From positions 1 through 34,383 of the IMG/VR virus record IMGVR_UViG_3300005077_000065: 34,383 bases of DNA; one strand, written 5' to 3'. The translations under genes were made by a program, and so were the position numbers. The stretch comes from a virus (lineage: Duplodnaviria > Caudoviricetes). The notes beneath the pieces were generated by a model that saw only the letters and a list, made by a program, of their open reading frames with translations, was not told where the DNA came from and made no database searches. The number at the start of each line of letters is the position of its first letter. Positions within the stretch are counted from its first letter, which is position 1. This document shows, piece after piece, positions 8,081 to 17,147 of the stretch.

Positions 8081-10000
8081 CTATGAATATTCTATTGTTA
8101 TACCGGTCAGTTGGTCGGTTGCGCTTGCTTCAATCCGCCATCTTAAATCGTCGCCAGTTTCAACTGCACCGCCAAATGTAAAAGGAAAAGTCATCGGAAA
8201 TGTGTCTTCTGTTACACCGCTTGAAAAGGTATGAGTTACGCCGTTTGTAACAGTTGCCCAATCTTCGCCACCGTCTGAACTGACCATTAAAGTGAAATTA
8301 TCTATATTTGTAAACCCGGTGACTGTCATTATAGCACTTGTAAAGTTGCTGCCAGTCTTTACAATTTGCACAGATTCACCAACTTCACCTGCATCAAAAT
8401 TAATCTGTCTGTTGGTTGTGTCCCATGTTGCTGTTGTATTTGTACTTTTAAAAGTGGTTGTTCTGAAATCTTCCCAGTAGGTTGAGTTGTTCCATATTAG
8501 CCGTTGTTCAACTTCAGCTGCATAACCGCCAGTACCGATTATAAGCTGGCCGCCGCCAATTCCATTATAAACACCTATCTTGCTGTTTATGTCCGTGCCG
8601 ATTATAAGCGCATTGTTTATGCTTTGTGTTAATATTTGCAAATATCTTGCTTTTACTTTCAAATCAGATTTTAAATATTTGACATGCACCAAAAACTCAA
8701 TCTCACCAGATAATTGTTCTTCAAGCCGTTTTATTCGTTCAAGAACATAAAAGCCCCAGTCGGCTGTTCGCCATATTTCATCGCCAACTTCAAGTGTGTC
8801 TGCATTATGAGGATATTCTTTTTGAATTTTGATTATCATAACCGTTCTGGTTTCGCTGTTGTAAGTATCAACCACATCAATCGTCTGGCCTGTTTCAACA
8901 TCATCAATGCCAATCACCTTAATCGTGGTTGAATAAAATGGATTGCTATACTTATTGAGCCAAGCTTTGCCCCTTTTCTCTGCATCTGCTATTGTCTGCA
9001 CATCTGAAAAGGTCATGGTATTTTCAATCTTGCCGTAGGTGTCTTGACTTACATCATCCTCAACAAGAACCGGTACTGGAATATTAGTTGTGTAATTTAT
9101 CCAGACATTATTTGTGCCAGAACCCGGTGACCAGTTTGTGGTGCAGTTGATTGTCTTTTGTTCCTTGTTTGCATAATAATCAAATGTTTCAGTGCTATCT
9201 TCAATGCCCGGTGTTTTCAATACCCATGTGCCAGCAACATCTTCCCATGCTTGGATAGTTACCGGGTTCTTAGTCAAAGTAAATGTCTGCTCTGAAGAAC
9301 CGTCACCGTTGAAATATTCCTCTTCTTGTACTTCCTGCACAGCGCCAAGTATTGTCAATGAATTTACAAGTTCAGTCGTGTCAATTTTCCATTTTGGAAC
9401 ATTTGCTACATTCGAGTTTGGGCCACCGACATATATAGTATAACCGCTTGCTTCAACACCTTTTGGTTCAAAATGCACGGTATCATCATCAGCATCATAA
9501 TATAGCTGATAGTCATATATATCACACAAGATTTGCAGCCGGCTTAAAACATCTGTATGTTTACATATAAATTTATTTATCAGAACCGTGCTGCCAGTAC
9601 TAACAACCGTGGCATTAAGTTCGCCCCATGTTTCAATCAAATCCTGCGCAATAGCACTGCCAACGCCGGCGCTTGCGTCTATTGCTTGGTCATAAGAATA
9701 AGTTACGCTTCTATCCCTTAATTGTTTTAGCTTGTCTTTGCATTTGATTACAACCCTATTTCCTTGCTTTTCAATCTCATCAACATAACCATTAAAAACA
9801 TTTTGTTCACTTGCGGCCAATATTCCTCTGGTGATGACCACTGTTGAATTATTGGTTAGGTCTGGGATGTCATCATATATGTTGATTGAAGCAATTATTG
9901 TGCAGTCATTTGGCTGGCTTGTAAATTGTTCTGTTATTTTCCAAGATTGTAGATGTGTACCTGCAATTTCTGTTGCATTAATTTCGACAGAAGTAAGCAT
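8081..10000 (-). CDS. Tail tip hub / central tail protein
   Basis: VFNGYVDEI..IKCKD, YYDADDDTVHF, SQDTYG, ETGQTIDV motifs of hub (gp27/gpD-like) proteins; follows TMP and Dit-like gene; TAATG overlap start. Confidence 0.7.
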   Translation of the reverse strand: MLTSVEINATEIAGTHLQSWKITEQFTSQPNDCTIIASINIYDDIPDLTNNSTVVITRGILAASEQNVFNGYVDEIEKQGNRVVIKCKDKLKQLRDRSVTYSYDQAIDASAGVGSAIAQDLIETWGELNATVVSTGSTVLINKFICKHTDVLSRLQILCDIYDYQLYYDADDDTVHFEPKGVEASGYTIYVGGPNSNVANVPKWKIDTTELVNSLTILGAVQEVQEEEYFNGDGSSEQTFTLTKNPVTIQAWEDVAGTWVLKTPGIEDSTETFDYYANKEQKTINCTTNWSPGSGTNNVWINYTTNIPVPVLVEDDVSQDTYGKIENTMTFSDVQTIADAEKRGKAWLNKYSNPFYSTTIKVIGIDDVETGQTIDVVDTYNSETRTVMIIKIQKEYPHNADTLEVGDEIWRTADWGFYVLERIKRLEEQLSGEIEFLVHVKYLKSDLKVKARYLQILTQSINNALIIGTDINSKIGVYNGIGGGQLIIGTGGYAAEVEQRLIWNNSTYWEDFRTTTFKSTNTTATWDTTNRQINFDAGEVGESVQIVKTGSNFTSAIMTVTGFTNIDNFTLMVSSDGGEDWATVTNGVTHTFSSGVTEDTFPMTFPFTFGGAVETGDDLRWRIEASATDQLTGITIEYS

Positions 10001-10362
10001 TAAACACCCTCCACCAGTTGGATTGTGTAACTGCAAATATAACCCGGAACATCCCAGTTTGTTCTTATAGAGTTTACTTTAACAGATACATCAGAACTTA
10101 ATACATCGCTTGCTGAAAAAGTTATGCTGGACTGGTTGCCGCTTATAAGCGCCTCAACTGCTGCAACTTTTGCTTTTGCTGTAACTGTATCGTCTGCAAA
10201 TATTCCATTCAAGGTTATTGATTTTACTACGCCGAGCATGTCGAATGTTTCGGTGCTTTCGCTGCCCAGAGTTGGAACAGGTAAAGGCACTATGTTTGCT
10301 GTCTTTTCTACATCAATTGTGTTAACGCCTGTTAGCGTGACTGAACCAAGTGTAATTGCCAT
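10000..10362 (-). CDS. Distal tail protein-like
   Basis: 120-aa beta-rich protein immediately after the tape measure gene. Confidence 0.55.
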   Translation of the reverse strand: MAITLGSVTLTGVNTIDVEKTANIVPLPVPTLGSESTETFDMLGVVKSITLNGIFADDTVTAKAKVAAVEALISGNQSSITFSASDVLSSDVSVKVNSIRTNWDVPGYICSYTIQLVEGV

Positions 10363-11720
10363 TATACAAGCACCCCTATGCTTTCAGTGCTTCTTGCAAG
10401 CAAGTTTCTCCTTAAACTTGACTCAATTGCACTTTCAATCTTTTTTATTACTTGGGAATTTTCAAAACTTTGCACATCAAGCGCATTTATGTTTATATTT
10501 ACCGAAATCGGCCTTGAGCCGGTAGCATTATTCAGCCGGTTGGATTTCACGCCCATGATAATATCCATCGGGTCAGATTCAATTATTTTACTGCCTGCTA
10601 CAACAAAATCGCCTTTTTTAGTTGATTTTTTGCTGTCTTTTTTATCATTTACAAAAGGTATCCAGTCAACAAGGCCCTTAAGCCATGCGATTGCTTTATC
10701 TTTCATATCCTTAAACCAGTTAGGAACAGTGACCGTCAAAAATTCTTTTAGGTCATCCCATTTCTTTATAATCCAGTTTGGGACAGTGACCGACAAAAAA
10801 GTCTTTAAATGTTCCCATTGTTTTATAATCCAATCTGGAACAGTAACACCAAAGAAAGTTTTAATGCTTACCCACTTTTCAATAATCCAGTTTGGCACTG
10901 TTTCGCCAATGAAGGTCTTTACATTTTCGCCGAAAGTTTGAATTGCTGCTGGCAGTTTCACTTCCCACCATTCTTTTAAATCAATCATAACATCATCAAT
11001 CCATTGCGGCACAGAAACAGTCAGCCAAAACTTAAAATCTTCAATCCAAGTTGCAAGCTTACCCCTTACAACATCCATATCAATGCCCCAATTCTCAAAT
11101 AAATTATCGAGCCGGCCCCCTATGCCTTGGGCCAAGTTTTCAGCCCCTTTTTTGACATTTTCCCAAATCTTGTCAGAATTTGTGGCTAATCCTGCTGCAC
11201 CGCCTCCAACTGCTCCAATCATAGCGCCAGCTGCCGCACCCACGCCTGTTCCTATTGGCCCAACAACAGAACCGATTGCTGCACCGGTTGCTGCACCGGT
11301 TGCTGCACCGCCGACTATTCCACCAATTATCCCGCCTGCGCCGCTTTTGTCAAGGTTCTTAAAAATCTCTTGAAACTTTTTATAAAATGGTATTGCAAAT
11401 CTAAGTAGCTGGATTGCAAGGGGCCTAACAAACAAACTTAGAACATCACCAATTGGTCTTAATATCATTAAAAGACTTTTGTTTAAAATGCTCATGCTTG
11501 CTTGCAGCCTTGGTGAAGCTTGATATATTTTTTCCATTGCCTTTTTGATTCCACCAAGAGCCACATTCGCAATCGCAAACCCCTTAGAAACTGCACCGAC
11601 AATGCCACTACTCCCAACACTGGCGCTGCCAGTACTTACTGTTGCGCCGCCAGCGCCGGCTATGCTGTTCATTGCGCTTGTATCAAATACAATCCTTGCT
11701 TTAATAATATCTTCTGCCAT
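10362..11720 (-). CDS. Tape measure protein (short, 452 aa)
   Basis: Gly/Ala-rich hydrophobic stretch, 22-aa F..VTVP.WI...W repeats, position after chaperone. Confidence 0.8.
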   Translation of the reverse strand: MAEDIIKARIVFDTSAMNSIAGAGGATVSTGSASVGSSGIVGAVSKGFAIANVALGGIKKAMEKIYQASPRLQASMSILNKSLLMILRPIGDVLSLFVRPLAIQLLRFAIPFYKKFQEIFKNLDKSGAGGIIGGIVGGAATGAATGAAIGSVVGPIGTGVGAAAGAMIGAVGGGAAGLATNSDKIWENVKKGAENLAQGIGGRLDNLFENWGIDMDVVRGKLATWIEDFKFWLTVSVPQWIDDVMIDLKEWWEVKLPAAIQTFGENVKTFIGETVPNWIIEKWVSIKTFFGVTVPDWIIKQWEHLKTFLSVTVPNWIIKKWDDLKEFLTVTVPNWFKDMKDKAIAWLKGLVDWIPFVNDKKDSKKSTKKGDFVVAGSKIIESDPMDIIMGVKSNRLNNATGSRPISVNININALDVQSFENSQVIKKIESAIESSLRRNLLARSTESIGVLV

Positions 11721-11721
11721 C

Positions 11722-11964
11722 TTATTTCTTGTTTCTTAACTCGCATTCGGCTTCTTTATCATGCAATAATGCACTTATTTCCATTATTGCATCATACTCC
11801 TTGCAAGTCCAATTGTCCATCTCTATTGTTGTGCCGTATTTTTCCATCCAAAAATACTTGGCTATCATGTGATTGAGCCACGCAGAACCACTACTACAGA
11901 TGTCTATTTCGTAGCGTTTTGTCTTTATATTAAATTTGATTCCTATGGCTCTAATGAGTTTTTT
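11722..11964 (-). CDS. -1 frameshift extension of tail assembly chaperone (gpGT-like)
   Basis: A AAA AAC slippery site 11964-11958; -1 frame (KLIRAIGIKF...CELRNKK*) open to TAA 11722, 1 nt before TMP ATG. Confidence 0.8.
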   Translation of the reverse strand, partial: KKLIRAIGIKFNIKTKRYEIDICSSGSAWLNHMIAKYFWMEKYGTTIEMDNWTCKEYDAIMEISALLHDKEAECELRNKK

Positions 11965-12233
11965 TTAAGGTTTTCCTCCGGCTTCATAAGTTCGCTTAGT
12001 TCAATAGTCAAGGCATCATAATCTTTGATGCTCATTTTATCCAGTGCATCTTTTATATTGACCGGCCCTAAATCGTGGCTTTTGATGCAAAGCGGCAACA
12101 GTTCAATCATAAATGTTGATTGCTTGATTCCTTCTGGTGTTTCTGCTATTACAAGCGCCTTATTTCGCATGCCTGCTTCTGGTTCTCGTAAGACTATCTT
12201 TTTACCTGTACTCAAAATTATTTCTTTTTCCAA
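11943..12233 (-). CDS. Tail assembly chaperone (gpG-like)
   Basis: Between tail tube and TMP; GKKIVLREP..; ends at slippery LKKN; TTG start after AGGAGG. Confidence 0.8.
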   Translation of the reverse strand: MEKEIILSTGKKIVLREPEAGMRNKALVIAETPEGIKQSTFMIELLPLCIKSHDLGPVNIKDALDKMSIKDYDALTIELSELMKPEENLKKNSLEP

Positions 12234-12245
12234 ATTTACCCCTCC

Positions 12246-13280
12246 TTATGATACTGTCCAGTATCTTATTGGAACTTTGTTTGTGCTATCTGTCAGCCCG
12301 GAAAGACCAAACCCTGTTATAGTTATTTCGTAAGCACCGCCTTCCAAGTCAATCGGAGCGCCAACGCTTTCAATATAACAGTTTTCAAGGTCAATGTTTA
12401 TAACCCTGTCACCAGCAACAGCACCTTCAACAAGGTCAAGACTTATTGCAACAGCCGTGAAATCGCCGCTATCTAATGGAGTTGTTGCTGTCGTTACCCC
12501 GGAGAATGCCAAGGCCCTTGCTTCTACCCCACTCAAGACGCTGCCGGCCTCATCACGGTGGCATCGCATTACAATCGTAAAATCATACCTTCTTACTCCT
12601 GCTTCTGGTTTTTCAATAAGCCTGCTGCCAAGACTTCTATAAATGAATAGGTTGTTTGTGCCATTTATAGAAAAACTTTGCAGTCTTTTTGCTGTATCGC
12701 TGCCAACTGTTACGCTGCCATCACCAAAAAATAAAGGCCGATTTGTGGGTGATACATAGGTTTCTGCGGTTGTACTTACATTGACGGTTCTTGCTACCCA
12801 GTCAGCGGTGCATTTTACTGTTTCGCCAACAGCTGCGGTTATTCCCCAATTGTTGATGCAGACCCCATCAAATACAAGGACATCATCAGTTGCGCCCTCG
12901 CTGCCTATTTCCCATGTAAGTGTGTTCATTTCTCCACTTTCATATCCAATCCTGTTTATTTCTTGCAATTCGTATGGGTCACCAACCGTGCCTGCACCAG
13001 ATAAAGTTGCTATCACACAATATTGTAAACAGTCTGGGTCAGTTAATTCCCATTCAACACTTCCTGTGACATCAAGGCCCATAGGCACACCGTGTGTTGC
13101 ATTCCGGCCCTCGCCTATACCTTGTATTCTTTGAAAGTTGTTAGTTATGTTGTAATTGAATACTGTTACTTTATCCCAGTAGTCTGTTGCACCAGCCGGC
13201 GTTGACGGTGTCCCCCATGCTACATCTTCTTTGCTTAGTAGGTAAGTCTCAACACCCCTGTAAAAACTTATTGCTGCCAT
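12246..13280 (-). CDS. Major tail tube protein
   Basis: EDVAWGTP, VTGSVEWEL, FDGVCIN, FSINGTNNL motifs; position. Confidence 0.8.
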   Translation of the reverse strand: MAAISFYRGVETYLLSKEDVAWGTPSTPAGATDYWDKVTVFNYNITNNFQRIQGIGEGRNATHGVPMGLDVTGSVEWELTDPDCLQYCVIATLSGAGTVGDPYELQEINRIGYESGEMNTLTWEIGSEGATDDVLVFDGVCINNWGITAAVGETVKCTADWVARTVNVSTTAETYVSPTNRPLFFGDGSVTVGSDTAKRLQSFSINGTNNLFIYRSLGSRLIEKPEAGVRRYDFTIVMRCHRDEAGSVLSGVEARALAFSGVTTATTPLDSGDFTAVAISLDLVEGAVAGDRVINIDLENCYIESVGAPIDLEGGAYEITITGFGLSGLTDSTNKVPIRYWTVS

Positions 13281-13403
13281 CTTATTTGCCTCCGTATGTT
13301 TGTCTTAAAATATCATTTATTTCTTCTTTGAATGGTAGTTCTTCATCAACCAATATCGCACTCCTAAGGATGTCTTTGGATGGATATATGTTTATGATTT
13401 CAT

Positions 13404-13734
13404 AATTCGTGCCAAAGGATACCTATGACTTTAGTCATGGGAGGAATTTGGCTTCACCTCGTTTAGTTTACAATCTAGTTCACTACATCTTGTTACAGAT
13501 GAGATTGAACCATCTATATTTTGTATTCCTATCCATCTTTCTACATGAGTTCTTCTTCCTTGTTTAAAAGGTGGATGTTTAGATAATAACTTAATCACAG
13601 TTGTTGCACAAAAAGGACATATTGCATTACTTGTTCTGCAAAACATTCTCTTACAATTCCGACATATAATATATTCAGCCATTCTTCTTACCTATGTTGG
13701 AAACTCCACTCTTTAGAGTGTTAGAGGATGTCAT
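13404..13734 (+). mobile_element. Non-autonomous IS200/IS605-type element carrying one passenger gene
   Basis: Target TCAT 13400-13403; LE guide GATA 13418-13421 + hairpin 13422-13441; RE guide GAAA 13700-13703 + hairpin 13704-13726 + GATG-TCAT; both hairpins centred on CTTTAG; no tnpA/tnpB. Confidence 0.75.
13431..13682 (-). CDS. Passenger gene: small Cys-rich (Zn-ribbon-like) protein, 83 aa
   Basis: CRNC...CPFC; AGGT RBS; stop TAA lies in the LE hairpin loop (..NSSHD*). Confidence 0.65.
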   Translation of the reverse strand: MAEYIICRNCKRMFCRTSNAICPFCATTVIKLLSKHPPFKQGRRTHVERWIGIQNIDGSISSVTRCSELDCKLNEVKPNSSHD

Positions 13735-13952
13735 TTTATTAACCCCTGTAATTCAATTAGAGTCTCCATCTTTTTTTGCAGACAATACACAGTCACATAA
13801 AATTGATTATTTATTTCTGCATCTTTTGTTTTTAATTCCCAAAACTTTGTCAAACTGCGTAGATACTCTTCTTTTGTTTTCTTAGTCTTCAGATTATTTA
13901 AATAGCATTCTAAAGCGATATCACGCAACATTTGTTTTTGGTATTGATTCAT
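13731..13952 (-). CDS. Hypothetical protein (73 aa) on co-inserted foreign fragment
   Basis: Starts at ATGA overlap with a 5'-truncated ORF (..MMAEKELGL*); its TGA stop is supplied by the element's terminal TCAT. Confidence 0.55.
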   Translation of the reverse strand: MNQYQKQMLRDIALECYLNNLKTKKTKEEYLRSLTKFWELKTKDAEINNQFYVTVYCLQKKMETLIELQGLIK

Positions 13953-14146
13953 AGTCCCAATTCTTTTTCTGCCATCATTATTTTTTCATAAGTAATTTTG
14001 TCCCGAATTAATAATCTTGAATCACCATAATTCCATTTAAGTTTTCTATTGCTTCCCTCACTTTTTGCTTTCCAATGCCTTTTATCGTAATCAGTTCATC
14101 TTTGAATGATTTTGAGTCTATTGCCGGTGCTTGCCGGCCCCAGTTT

Positions 14147-14314
14147 TTAGATGCCACTTTTATTCGCCTCCTTCTTGCTTCTTTCAAATAGGCCACTTAA
14201 TGATAATCGTTTAGCCTTGCTGTTCTTTTTTGCAACTTCATCAGATGCTATTTCAAGCTGTTTAACCAACTCCTTTAATACTGCAATTTCAAAGTCTGTA
14301 AATTTTGCAGCCAT
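14147..14314 (-). CDS. Small hypothetical protein (55 aa, MAAKFTDF...)
   Basis: TAATG overlap with upstream gene. Confidence 0.55.
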   Translation of the reverse strand: MAAKFTDFEIAVLKELVKQLEIASDEVAKKNSKAKRLSLSGLFERSKKEANKSGI

Positions 14315-14967
14315 TATGGTTGCTCCCAAACAAAGATTATCTGGCAATCTTGGTTTCTTTGAAAGATTTTATTTTCTCCAAAAGGCGAAACAACCAGCGG
14401 CCCCATTGCTGTTGGTGTGATAAAGTCAAAGTAATAAAAGTTTTTCTTGTTTGCTATGATTGCCTGCCTTAATGCTGCAATCATGTCTTCAACATTCTTC
14501 TGTGATTTGTCATAAACTGTGATTGAGATTGTGTAGTTTGTAAAGTTAGAACCGCCGCCAAGTTCTCCTTCAGCTGTTTGGCTGCTTATAATATCAACTG
14601 CAATCCTTGGAAAGTTAGAAAGCTTCAAATATGGTTGTGGATAATCTGGCCAGATTCTGTCATTTGAACCATGGTCATATATGATTGTGCTTATTCCAGC
14701 CTGTGACTGTGCAAAGGTAATCACGCCGGTTGTGTAATTTACGGTATAATCTGAGCCAAATTTTAGTTCTGGGTCAGAGCCAATCCTTACATATCTGACA
14801 TTTTTTACAAGCGTTGGTTCTACTGCAAGCGTGTAAGAAGTTCCAGACACACCTTCGTTGTCTGTTGTGGTTGTGACCCCTCTTGTGCTTATGGATATTA
14901 AATCTTGATTTCTAAGAAATACTACCAGTTCTTCTTTAATTTGGTACGGTGTTATATAAGTGCTCAT
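14314..14967 (-). CDS. Tail terminator-like protein with inserted beta domain
   Basis: RIWPDYP..FPRIAV..YTISITVY; insert with DYTVNYTTGVITF; position before tail tube. Confidence 0.6.
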   Translation of the reverse strand: MSTYITPYQIKEELVVFLRNQDLISISTRGVTTTTDNEGVSGTSYTLAVEPTLVKNVRYVRIGSDPELKFGSDYTVNYTTGVITFAQSQAGISTIIYDHGSNDRIWPDYPQPYLKLSNFPRIAVDIISSQTAEGELGGGSNFTNYTISITVYDKSQKNVEDMIAALRQAIIANKKNFYYFDFITPTAMGPLVVSPFGENKIFQRNQDCQIIFVWEQP

Positions 14968-14984
14968 TTCATCCTCTTGGATTA

Positions 14985-15048
14985 GGCAACAGCAAAGGGG
15001 GAAAAGCTTAAAACCCCCTTTTTATCATTGAGGTGAATGCTGTCTGCC
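14985..15048 (-). other. Intergenic branched RNA structure
   Basis: GGCAACAGC/GCTGT(C)TGCC outer stem, AAAGGGGG/CCCCCTTT and CATT/AATG inner stems; loop CACCUC on minus strand. Confidence 0.5.
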
Positions 15049-15075
15049 GTTTATAGGTCAACAATACTCAAGTGC

Positions 15076-15501
15076 TCATTTAAAATGTTTGCGCAGCGAA
15101 CTTTTTAAAATGTTCGGAAAATCATTGTCAAGAGTGGGCCGGATAAAGGGAAATGGGCGTGTCCCACGCTTTTTTATGGAATAGGCAAGCGCCCAAGCAA
15201 GTTTTTTATCTCCAAGTTTGCGCATGGCCCATCCTTCCAGTTCTTCAACCGGCGGCATCTTAGTACGGCCATTTACCCCCACCGGCGGCGTGCCATACTC
15301 TAAATATTTGCCGTGCATCGGCATGCTTATTATAATCTCGTTGTCAGTTATTTGGTACTTGATATTTGATTTTAACCGGCCAGTATCTTTGCCATGTTCC
15401 AGTGTAAGCTTTCTTTTCATGGCCTCAACGGTATTTAAAGCGATTGATTCCATAGCCCTATTTAGATTTTCTTGAAAATCTACTATCTTAATCTTGGTCA
15501 T
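15076..15501 (-). CDS. HK97 gp10-like neck/tail completion protein
   Basis: DTGRLKSNI...YLEYGT...GTRPFPFIRP. Confidence 0.85.
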   Translation of the reverse strand: MTKIKIVDFQENLNRAMESIALNTVEAMKRKLTLEHGKDTGRLKSNIKYQITDNEIIISMPMHGKYLEYGTPPVGVNGRTKMPPVEELEGWAMRKLGDKKLAWALAYSIKKRGTRPFPFIRPTLDNDFPNILKSSLRKHFK

Positions 15502-15524
15502 TTTGCAAGGAGTTTAATCGTAGT

Positions 15525-16145
15525 TTATTCCGAATCGTCTGCTACAAACAAGTTACAATATGAATAAACATAGGTCGGGCTTTTGGTTGTGTCAAATACC
15601 CCGGGCACTTGGATTATTTCTTTCACTCTAAATTTATCATAATCTCTTACCGCTTGGCCTGTTGTTTCGGCGGCCAGATTATGGGTAGTATCAGCAATAG
15701 TGAAAGTATCGGAATCCGTAATATTGCCCACGGTATAAACTCCATCATAGTTAGAAGTTCCATAAATAAGCACCCCATCCCCGGCAGCTAATCCGTGTGC
15801 ACCGCTTGTGTTCACAGTGATGGTAGTTGCATTGCCATCTATCCCACTAATTGTGAGATTTGTGCCATCAGTATAGATTAAACTATCCGATGCAACCAAA
15901 TCTGTATATTTAGCAAGCAAGGCGGCATCACCGCCCTCTATATTGCCAGTTTTATCAAAGTTCCATCGCTGGTTCATGCGCATGAAGTAAGCAGTTATTT
16001 CAGCCGGTGTATTTGTTGTAAGTGTTTCTTGACCGGTTATATTTGAGATTGTCTTTGTCACAGATACATGGAAAACAGCCCGGCCAAAGTAATCAGAAAG
16101 AATCCTATTAAAATCGTTTGCTGTTAATAAATTTTGAGTAACCAT
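15525..16145 (-). CDS. Head closure protein with inserted beta domain
   Basis: Position between adaptor and gp10; insert TITVNTSGAHGLAAGDGVLIYGTSNYDGVYTV..DTFTI. Confidence 0.55.
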   Translation of the reverse strand: MVTQNLLTANDFNRILSDYFGRAVFHVSVTKTISNITGQETLTTNTPAEITAYFMRMNQRWNFDKTGNIEGGDAALLAKYTDLVASDSLIYTDGTNLTISGIDGNATTITVNTSGAHGLAAGDGVLIYGTSNYDGVYTVGNITDSDTFTIADTTHNLAAETTGQAVRDYDKFRVKEIIQVPGVFDTTKSPTYVYSYCNLFVADDSE

Positions 16146-16147
16146 TT

Positions 16148-16972
16148 TTATCCAAATAATACAAAGGGGACATAAGCCTTTGTGGTTATGTTGGCAGCTT
16201 CAGTCTGCAATCTGGTGACTGCTTCCCTTATATTTGTGTATGGTTCTCCTTTGCTGCCAGATAACCCCGGCAAGCTTATGTTCGTAAAATCGTCATAAGT
16301 ACCTGCTATTTGCGCAACTAATGTTCTCATGCCTGCAATGATTGTGCATAACCTTAAGATTATTCTGGGTATAGGATAAACCCCATACACATATTTTATA
16401 TTCACTTGTTGTGGTTCATTGGCCATGAAAATAGACACTTCTGCACTATCTCCAAGATACAACATGCTTTTATCTTTGTAGGTATAGACATTTGAAGCTG
16501 TGACTGCTGTGTCATCTATTTCAAGAGATATAAGGTTGTGAAGTGGTACATATTCAGTGAAAATAAACTTTTCTCCGTTGCCGTCTACAGTTTCATCCTT
16601 ATATCCAAGGTCTAATATAACCGCTTGCCCGGATGTTGGAATAGTATCAAAGTCTGGTGTTGTATAAATAACAGTTTCATCATTATCCTGTATCAACCGG
16701 TATTGGCCATTTCCATTCCCGCCGGCAATCCATAAGACTTTGTTTTGGAATGCACTTACTGTGAAAGAAGCGCCGCCGCATGTTACGCTTGCTTGGTCTG
16801 CATCTGTTATACTACCGTAGTCTTCAACATTTCCAAACTTGGTTTTATACAGCCGTTCAATCTCGTCTTGTGCGTCTAAAATAAACTCATTGATAACAGC
16901 GTCAGAAATAGGTGCGCCTGTGCTTGGAAAGTTTATTGCGTTTCTAACTTGTTCTGCTGTTACCCATGCCAT
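16148..16972 (-). CDS. Head-tail adaptor (gp6/gp15-like) with inserted domains
   Basis: WVTAEQVR..FILDAQDEIER..; VNIKYVYG..IPRII C-terminal motif. Confidence 0.7.
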   Translation of the reverse strand: MAWVTAEQVRNAINFPSTGAPISDAVINEFILDAQDEIERLYKTKFGNVEDYGSITDADQASVTCGGASFTVSAFQNKVLWIAGGNGNGQYRLIQDNDETVIYTTPDFDTIPTSGQAVILDLGYKDETVDGNGEKFIFTEYVPLHNLISLEIDDTAVTASNVYTYKDKSMLYLGDSAEVSIFMANEPQQVNIKYVYGVYPIPRIILRLCTIIAGMRTLVAQIAGTYDDFTNISLPGLSGSKGEPYTNIREAVTRLQTEAANITTKAYVPFVLFG

Positions 16973-16981
16973 AAGTTACAC

Positions 16982-17137
16982 CTACTCAATTTTCTTTTTT
17001 CTGCTCCTTTTTGGTTTATCTGGTTCGCCAGATACAATCTCTTCTTCTTTTTCTTCTACAACCTTGCTTTCAACCTTCACTGGTTCTGCCTCATTTTTCC
17101 AAAATAGAAGTCCTTTTTCATCTTTCATGATTGGCAT
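16982..17137 (-). CDS. Small charged protein (51 aa, MPIMKDEKG...)
   Basis: AGGTGA RBS; fills gap; below ORF-track cutoff. Confidence 0.6.
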   Translation of the reverse strand: MPIMKDEKGLLFWKNEAEPVKVESKVVEEKEEEIVSGEPDKPKRSRKKKIE

Positions 17138-17147
17138 TGTTTATCAC

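Larger units (their letters stand above)
13282..14157 (-). pseudogene. Small helix-hairpin-helix protein gene split by a 654-bp insertion
   Basis: 5' part 14157(GTG, GGAGG RBS)-14058 ...ELITIKGIGKQKV joins in frame to 3' part 13403-13282 (N)EIINIYPSKDILRSAILVDEELPFKEEINDILRQTYGGK*, giving a 73-aa HhH protein. Confidence 0.75.

Noticed and set aside
13404-14057. Insertion as an intron or intein (654 bp is a multiple of 3)
   Set aside because: In-frame stop at 14008 rules out an intein; no group I/II or bulge-helix-bulge features seen; ends fit IS200/IS605 rules
14008-14196. 62-aa ORF as an intact gene
   Set aside because: It is the 5' half of the split HhH gene reading into inserted DNA
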